DNA of 64,000 nucleotides, from positions 6,233 to 70,232 of the forward strand of contig CAJQPN010000017.1 in the NCBI GenBank assembly GCA_905480195.1, read 5' to 3'. This document shows positions 58,526-64,000 of the stretch, one piece after another; position 1 is the first letter of the stretch; each line of letters starts with the position of its first letter. The notes under the pieces were generated by a model. That model was not told the origin of the DNA and did no database searches. It worked only from the letters and a program-made list of their open reading frames with translations. The DNA comes from an uncultured Acidimicrobiales bacterium. GTDB taxonomy: Bacteria; Actinomycetota; Acidimicrobiia; Acidimicrobiales; Aldehydirespiratoraceae. The translations under genes and the position numbers were made by a program.

Positions 58526-59325
58526 GGTCGCTGCTGCACCATCAGCGACTGGTTCGCCACACCCAGGTGACCGTCTCGATCGGCGAGTACGGCCGATGCG
58601 GTACCGAATCCTGCAGCGCGGGCGTGCGTGAGGGCATCACTGAGGACCCATTCGTCGATGGGTAACCGATGCAGATACACGGCAACATCGGGGTTGATGT
58701 AGACGTGGCTCGATCTGGGGGTGATATTGCTGATTCCGTTTCCGAAATCACCGACCGAAAGGACCCGGTCGAGGGGGCTGATGTTCTCACCGGCGAACAC
58801 CGGCACGAGCAGCTTGAACCATGCTGCGGAGGGTCCGAGGGGACCGAACGTTCGGCCATCGCACGAACGGATCTCGAAGGCGTCGAGATAAAACCCGCCT
58901 GGAGGCAGCCGATAGTCGTGGCGAACGAGTGTTGCGTCCTGCGGACCTGGAAAGTCGAGCGGACCGGGCATGTCGATCGTGCCTTCGTCGAGACCGTTCT
59001 CGACGCGAAGGATGCGCATACCCCGCGCATAGGCGAGTTCGAGGCCGTCGCCTGCTCGCACGACGGCATCGAGCAGTTGAATGCGGCGCGCCATGCGGGT
59101 TTCGGTCACCTCGACGGTGAGGGGAGACAGCGGGATCGGACGGACCAGTTCGACGGTGACGCGCGCCAGGTGAAAGTCGTCTGCGCCTCCAGCGTGGTCG
59201 GCCAGGAGCCGACCGCAGAGCGCGAGAGGGGGTCCGCCATGCATCACGTTGGGGTCCCATGGGCCCGTGCAGATCGGGCCCGGCACCACCTGCGAACCAT
59301 CTCGCTCAAACATCGCCTCCAGCAC
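58522..59325 (-). CDS. TesB-like acyl-CoA thioesterase family protein
   Basis: GPWDPNVMHGGP, DFGNG, INPD. Confidence 0.85.
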   Translation of the reverse strand: MLEAMFERDGSQVVPGPICTGPWDPNVMHGGPPLALCGRLLADHAGGADDFHLARVTVELVRPIPLSPLTVEVTETRMARRIQLLDAVVRAGDGLELAYARGMRILRVENGLDEGTIDMPGPLDFPGPQDATLVRHDYRLPPGGFYLDAFEIRSCDGRTFGPLGPSAAWFKLLVPVFAGENISPLDRVLSVGDFGNGISNITPRSSHVYINPDVAVYLHRLPIDEWVLSDALTHARAAGFGTASAVLADRDGHLGVANQSLMVQQRP

Positions 59326-59453
59326 CCGAGCGAGCGTAGACGGCCGTCGTCGGCGCGCGCTCTTGCGCTACCGTCCGCTTCGTTCCCGCGCGAGGACCAC
59401 GCGAAGGCGCAAAGCGTGGTGCTGGTCCCTGGGAGATCTGAGCGTTGTCGCCA

Positions 59454-59474
59454 GACACCCCCGATCGGGGGGTC
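59454..59474 (-). terminator. Hairpin immediately after the candidate small ORF
   Basis: GAC-A-CCCCC-GATC-GGGGG-G-GTC. Confidence 0.4.
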
Positions 59475-59595
59475 AGGACTGCCCGGCCACCTGGCTCAGT
59501 AGTCGCTCGGTGGCGCCCGCGAACTGCATTCCCGGGCCGAGGGCGGCTCGCAAGGTGACCTGGTTGGGGGTGATGGGATACTTGGGGGAAATCAC
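59473..59595 (-). CDS. Candidate 40-aa small protein divergent from LysR
   Basis: GTG...TGA ORF MISPKYPITPNQVTLRAALGPGMQFAGATERLLSQVAGQS, between the AT-rich LysR promoter and a hairpin; not in the ORF track. Confidence 0.35.
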   Translation of the reverse strand: MISPKYPITPNQVTLRAALGPGMQFAGATERLLSQVAGQS

Positions 59596-59621
59596 GACTT
59601 CAGTCTCGGGCGTAATAGACC

Positions 59622-59667
59622 ATGACAGACTCTGTTATTGTTTCTATTTACCATTAATTTTTGTCAT
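59622..59667. promoter_or_regulatory. AT-rich LysR control region with dyads
   Basis: ATGACAGA-C-TCTGTTAT (59622-59638) and the T-N11-A box ATTAATTTTTGTCAT (59653-59667). Confidence 0.5.
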
Positions 59668-59686
59668 ATATTGCTAGCCTGTTCAC

Positions 59687-60556
59687 ATGCAGCTCGATGT
59701 GGAGTCCCTTCGGGCATTCATCACCGTGCTCGACCTCGGTGGCATGACTGCGGCAGCCAACGAACTCGGCATCAGCCAGTCCGCGGTCAGCTGGAGGATC
59801 AAACGGCTCGAAGAACGGGTCGGCCGCGATCTCCTGATGCGTGATGGTCGTCGATTTTCTCCATCTCGAGACGGTCGAGAACTTCTCGAGTACGCCCGGA
59901 CTCTCGTGGCCACACATGACGCTGCGGTCACCCGGTTGTCCGCCACCGGCCTCGAAGGCTCCGTGCGGCTCGGCTCGACCGAGGAAGCATCGGCCTTGTG
60001 CACCGGCGCTGTCTGCGGCCGGTTCAGCCGGATACACCCCAACGTCAACCTCGAGTTCCACGTCGATCGATCGTCAGTGCTCGCATCGATGGTTGCGGCC
60101 AACCAACTCGATGTGGCAGTGCTCCAGCTCCGCGTTCACGATGTGCAGGCCAACGACACGGTTTTGTGGCACGACACGCTGGTGTGGGTGTCGTCGCCCG
60201 ACTGGACGTACGACGAGGGCGCTGTTCCGCTCATCACCTTCGGTCAGGACGGTTTCTATCGACCGATTGCCGAGGCCGCACTGCGCGATGCCAACATCTC
60301 ACACCGGGTGGCATTCTCGGGACCGAGCGCGGCGAGCGTGCTGTCGGCCGTGTCGGCGGGAATCGGTGTTGCGTTGCTTTCGAGTCGCTCCGTGTCGGGC
60401 GACGTTATCCAGTGGCCCCGCAGCAGCGCCGTCGAACACGCACAGCCGGTGGTCAACATCGCTCGTGCCGCCCGCGGCGCCACATCGGAGGTCGCAGCGG
60501 AATTGCTTGCCGATCTTCGCGCTGAACTCGGGGAAGTGTCGGCAGCCGCCGTCTAG
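59687..60556 (+). CDS. LysR family transcriptional regulator
   Basis: HTH LRAF..MTAAANELGISQSAVSWRIKRLEE; LEGSVRLG. Confidence 0.93.
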   Translation: MQLDVESLRAFITVLDLGGMTAAANELGISQSAVSWRIKRLEERVGRDLLMRDGRRFSPSRDGRELLEYARTLVATHDAAVTRLSATGLEGSVRLGSTEEASALCTGAVCGRFSRIHPNVNLEFHVDRSSVLASMVAANQLDVAVLQLRVHDVQANDTVLWHDTLVWVSSPDWTYDEGAVPLITFGQDGFYRPIAEAALRDANISHRVAFSGPSAASVLSAVSAGIGVALLSSRSVSGDVIQWPRSSAVEHAQPVVNIARAARGATSEVAAELLADLRAELGEVSAAAV

Positions 60557-61683
60557 GCGAGACCCTGTGCAATTGCGGTGTCGATCAGTTCGCGGAGGTA
60601 GCCGGCGAGCGCTGACGACGTCTCGCTGCTCGACTCGGTCAGCACGAACACCCCGTAGCCATCATCCAGGTCGAGCCACGGCGCAGAGCCGAATGCTCCC
60701 CCGTCTGAGATGTGCCCGTTGGCGCGATCCACCCACCAGCCCATGCCGTAGCCGGTTCCGGACCCGAACGCATTGCCGTCGTAGACCGCGCCGATCCGAT
60801 CGCGGTGCATGAGCGTCAGCGCTTCAGAACTCAACACCCTCGTGTTGTCACACATGCCGCCGCGTAGGTGCATCAAGAGCAGCTTCCCGTAGTCGGTGGT
60901 GTTGGTGTACGCCCCCGCTTCCATACTCGGATTTGCGCTGTCGCGGAGTTCGTCGGGGTTGTTTTTGAAACCGGGCGGGTGCTTGAAGCCATCCATCTGC
61001 ACCTGGTCGAACGGGCTGCTGTAGCCGAATACTTCGAGCCCGCAGGCCTGGACGTAGATCTCATGGACGAGTTCGTTCCAGCTTTTACCCGAGACCGCCT
61101 CGGCCACGCCCCCGGCAACTTGCCACTGCCCACCGCCGTACCGAAACCGGGTGTCAGGAGGGATGACGTCATCGTTGTCAGCCTCGGTGGTCATGATCTC
61201 AGCTGCGCACTCCTGCAGCGTCGTGTCCGACACCCACATACAGGTGTACGGATTCGGCTCGAACAGACCGATCAGACCCGAACTGTTCGACAGGAGCTGT
61301 GCCGTCGTGATCTCCGGGTTGCCTACTCCCCACTCGACGTACTCAGCGATTGGCATGTCGATGTCGAGCAGGCCGTCATCTTGCAGTCGAAGGAGCACAC
61401 CGGCCGTGACCATCTTGGTGGACGACGCGATCAGCGAAACGCGGTCCTCGTCGAACACCCCCCAGTGTTCGTGGTGGATCACACCGAACTCGCGATGCAC
61501 GATTATCAGTCCGGCACCATTCAGGCCTGAAGCAGCGACAAAGGTCGCAACAGTGTCGTCGACCGCTGCGAAATCGAAGGAAGGGCCGTTCGTCTCGGCC
61601 TCAGGGGTGCCACCACAACCAGCAGCTCCGAGGGCCAACGCGAGCAGGAGCGCAATACATCGAGCGGGCCTCCGCCTCGCCAA
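60553..61683 (-). CDS. Serine hydrolase/beta-lactamase family lipoprotein
   Basis: Lipobox AAGC, SxxK (ASSTK), LLSNSSGL, FRYG, YGMGWW. Start approximate (TTG 61683). Confidence 0.82.
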   Translation of the reverse strand: MARRRPARCIALLLALALGAAGCGGTPEAETNGPSFDFAAVDDTVATFVAASGLNGAGLIIVHREFGVIHHEHWGVFDEDRVSLIASSTKMVTAGVLLRLQDDGLLDIDMPIAEYVEWGVGNPEITTAQLLSNSSGLIGLFEPNPYTCMWVSDTTLQECAAEIMTTEADNDDVIPPDTRFRYGGGQWQVAGGVAEAVSGKSWNELVHEIYVQACGLEVFGYSSPFDQVQMDGFKHPPGFKNNPDELRDSANPSMEAGAYTNTTDYGKLLLMHLRGGMCDNTRVLSSEALTLMHRDRIGAVYDGNAFGSGTGYGMGWWVDRANGHISDGGAFGSAPWLDLDDGYGVFVLTESSSETSSALAGYLRELIDTAIAQGLA

Positions 61684-61709
61684 CGCAACTTCTTGCCATC
61701 CGGGCTCGG

Positions 61710-62390
61710 TCAACTGATCAGGCCGACGTGACGGCACCAATTCTCAATCAATTGTCGACCCGCTGGTGCGTCGTCGGTCCAGTACTCGGGGTGGAACTGG
61801 GTTCCGGCCAACGGCTTCGTCGCATGCACGGCCATCTGGATGGGCGTGACATCGGTTTCGCCGATACAGACGAAACCGTCGGGCAAACACGCAAGTTCCC
61901 ATGTGTGCGCGTGGCGAAACACCGGTGCATCGCCGAGGTCGGTGTGAAGCGGATGATCACCGATGAGGCGAATCGGCCGATAACCGACCTCCTTGATCCA
62001 ACCGGGCTGATACGCCGGGGCGGGGTCCTCTTCCTCGTCCGGAATACGACCGATACGTACGACGTCGACACCAAGCGTCTCAGCGATGAATTGGAGCCCA
62101 CCGCAGAACCCGAAGACGGGAAGGGTGCCGGCCCGGATGATCTCACGAAGGGCCGTTCGGTCAGCCTCCTCGTACATCTCCTGGGGGGCGCCGTGACCAC
62201 TGATGAAAATCGCTCGAACCTCATGCTCGGCGATCAGGTCATGAGTGATCGCCTGGTACCGCTGCAGCAAGCAGGTGTCGCCGGTGAGATCTTCAAGCCG
62301 GTACGCGATACGGGCCCGAGCGGCCAACAGCCACTCGGTGCCTTCCCGTTCGTAGACCGAGGCATGCTCATTGTCGACATAAACGATCAC
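61710..62390 (-). CDS. Class I glutamine amidotransferase-like hydrolase
   Basis: ISG, nucleophile motif GFCGGLQ, QFHPE. Confidence 0.85.
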   Translation of the reverse strand: MIVYVDNEHASVYEREGTEWLLAARARIAYRLEDLTGDTCLLQRYQAITHDLIAEHEVRAIFISGHGAPQEMYEEADRTALREIIRAGTLPVFGFCGGLQFIAETLGVDVVRIGRIPDEEEDPAPAYQPGWIKEVGYRPIRLIGDHPLHTDLGDAPVFRHAHTWELACLPDGFVCIGETDVTPIQMAVHATKPLAGTQFHPEYWTDDAPAGRQLIENWCRHVGLIS

Positions 62391-62423
62391 TGTTGCGGTC
62401 CTACCATGGCTTTGCGGCGCCGA

Positions 62424-63056
62424 TCATTCGCCCTGGATTGACAAGATCTCTTGCTCAGCGCCGTCGACCACGATCTCGGTGATCCGTTCTTCGACATCGT
62501 CGTACTCCGTGCGGAGGGCTCGCGACATCACCGCATGTTTGAAATAGAGCGTCGTGATGTAAGTGAGTTCCAGCACAGCGGTGTCACCGATGGCATCCTT
62601 CAACGGCTCGAAAATGTCATCCGGGACGCGTCCATGGTCGTAGACGAGACAATCCGTGTAGGCGAGGACGAGGCGTTCGGTCGGATCGAAAAGGTCCGAT
62701 GTTGACCACGCCGGGATTGCTGCGATCTTCTCTTCGGAGACGCCGAGGCCCCGAAGCGACTTGCAGTGCTGAGAAAAGACGAACTGACTCGCGGCTGCGT
62801 ACCCGGCACGGGTCTGACCGAGTTCACGTAAGACCGGCGACAGCTCCCGAGTCGGGCTTTGATAGAGACGAAAGCCGAGCACGGCGTGTTCAAGCACGTC
62901 GGGCGAGTTCGCAAAGACGGTCCACCAGTCACCAGGGGTCCCCGTGGCGGTTCCCCGCTCGTCGACCGGGTCACGATCGCCGAACAGGAACCGGTACATG
63001 GCCTTCACGATCGGGGCGTTGTCGTCGCTACGACGGATCTCTTTGAGGCGAGGCAT
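62424..63056 (-). CDS. Carboxymuconolactone decarboxylase/AhpD-like protein
   Basis: ANSPDVL, LRELGQTRAG..SQFVFSQHCK, ERLVLAYTD. Confidence 0.75.
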   Translation of the reverse strand: MPRLKEIRRSDDNAPIVKAMYRFLFGDRDPVDERGTATGTPGDWWTVFANSPDVLEHAVLGFRLYQSPTRELSPVLRELGQTRAGYAAASQFVFSQHCKSLRGLGVSEEKIAAIPAWSTSDLFDPTERLVLAYTDCLVYDHGRVPDDIFEPLKDAIGDTAVLELTYITTLYFKHAVMSRALRTEYDDVEERITEIVVDGAEQEILSIQGE

Positions 63057-63160
63057 AGGCCGAGCATGTCAGGTCAACTCGCAGTCGTACACCTGCACAG
63101 CCAGCGTGCCCCCTGAGCCAGCACTTCTCCCGAACGCCGTCCCTCGCGTACAGTCGGAGT

Positions 63161-64000
63161 ATGGGGACTGACATCGATACGTTGACCGGCGAGACCGTCG
63201 CATTGCTGCAGGAGATGATCCGCAACCAGTGCGTGAATGACGGAACCCCCGACAGTGGCTTCGAGTTTCGCAATGCCGAGCTCGTCCGCAACGAGCTCGA
63301 GGGTCTCGGACTCGACTTCGACACGTTCGAGGAACGGCAAGGACGCACCTCGGTGGTCGCCCGCTACGAAGGCACCGACCCCGACGCACCTTCCTTGTGC
63401 CTCATGGGCCACACCGATGTCGTGCCGGTCGATCCTGCGGGCTGGGTCAATGACCCGTTCGGCGGAGAGCTGATCACATCCGCTGACGGTGTCGACGAGA
63501 TCTGGGGTCGTGGTGCGGTCGACATGTTGAACCTCACGTCTTCGATGCTTGTCGCCTTCCGCGACATCGTCCGATCAGGGAAGCGCTACCCGGGCGACAT
63601 CATTTACTTCGCAGTCGCCGACGAGGAGGCTGGCGGTGTCCTCGGCGCCGGGCCGATCGTCGAGAAGCACTGGGACATCGTGGGCTGTGACTACATGCTG
63701 ACCGAGTACGGGGGCACGCCGTCGCACGCCGACGACGGTACCTGGGTCCTTCTCACCGCAGGCGAGAAGACCGGGGCAGCACGCCAGATCACGGTCCACG
63801 GGACACCGGGCCATGGCTCGATGCCTTACGCCACCGACAATGCCCTGATGAAGGCGGCCGAGATCGTCCGTCGCGTACAACACGCCGAACTCGAACCCCA
63901 CATCGACGACATGTTCCGCGATCGTGTCAAGGCACTCGGGCTCACCCCCGAACAGCAGCGGGGGCTACTCGATCCAGGGCTCATCAAGGAAACACTGGCG
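63161..64000 (+). CDS. M20/M25/M40 family metallopeptidase, 3'-truncated by window edge
   Basis: Open frame from ATG 63161 to the window end: LMGHTDVVP, WGRGAVDM, ADEEAGG, GHGS. Missing from the ORF track because it has no stop in the window. Confidence 0.9.
   Translation, partial: MGTDIDTLTGETVALLQEMIRNQCVNDGTPDSGFEFRNAELVRNELEGLGLDFDTFEERQGRTSVVARYEGTDPDAPSLCLMGHTDVVPVDPAGWVNDPFGGELITSADGVDEIWGRGAVDMLNLTSSMLVAFRDIVRSGKRYPGDIIYFAVADEEAGGVLGAGPIVEKHWDIVGCDYMLTEYGGTPSHADDGTWVLLTAGEKTGAARQITVHGTPGHGSMPYATDNALMKAAEIVRRVQHAELEPHIDDMFRDRVKALGLTPEQQRGLLDPGLIKETLA

Noticed and set aside
60553-61740. Antibiotic-resistance beta-lactamase
   Set aside because: SxxK is present, but the class A/C YxN/SDN and KTG motifs are not; a generic serine hydrolase is the safer call.

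Overview
High-GC actinobacterial chromosomal DNA, with gene style and order suggesting Acidimicrobiia (inference). About 65 genes and one RNase P RNA; I found no rRNA, tRNA, CRISPR array or intact mobile element. 1-13.9 kb is core actinobacterial: MtrA/MtrB-like pair plus a GerMN lipoprotein, pfkA, glpK, aminotransferase, PimB-like glycosyltransferase, queG, a DEDDh/GIY-YIG nuclease, trpD and rnpB. The nuclease sits behind two LexA boxes, back-to-back with a PafBC-type promoter. 13.95-18.6 kb looks like a variable islet. It holds a gene with an in-frame TGA, a larC2-larE-larB-larC1 nickel-pincer cofactor operon with no larA, orphan ORFs, and a decayed second copy of the 3' half of arfB. 22-28 kb is a MacB-type ABC system whose adaptor carries a peptidoglycan-binding domain and about three Calx-beta-like repeats. 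30-62 kb is a large amine, one-carbon and polyamine catabolic region. The best candidate for a new system is a 771-aa triple fusion at 39355-41670 (alkaline-phosphatase-superfamily + PhnZ/TmpB-like HD oxygenase + TmpA/BBOX-like dioxygenase). It could de-esterify phosphonocholine-type substrates and cleave their C-P bond in one polypeptide. All calls come from reading motifs by eye; no database searches were run.
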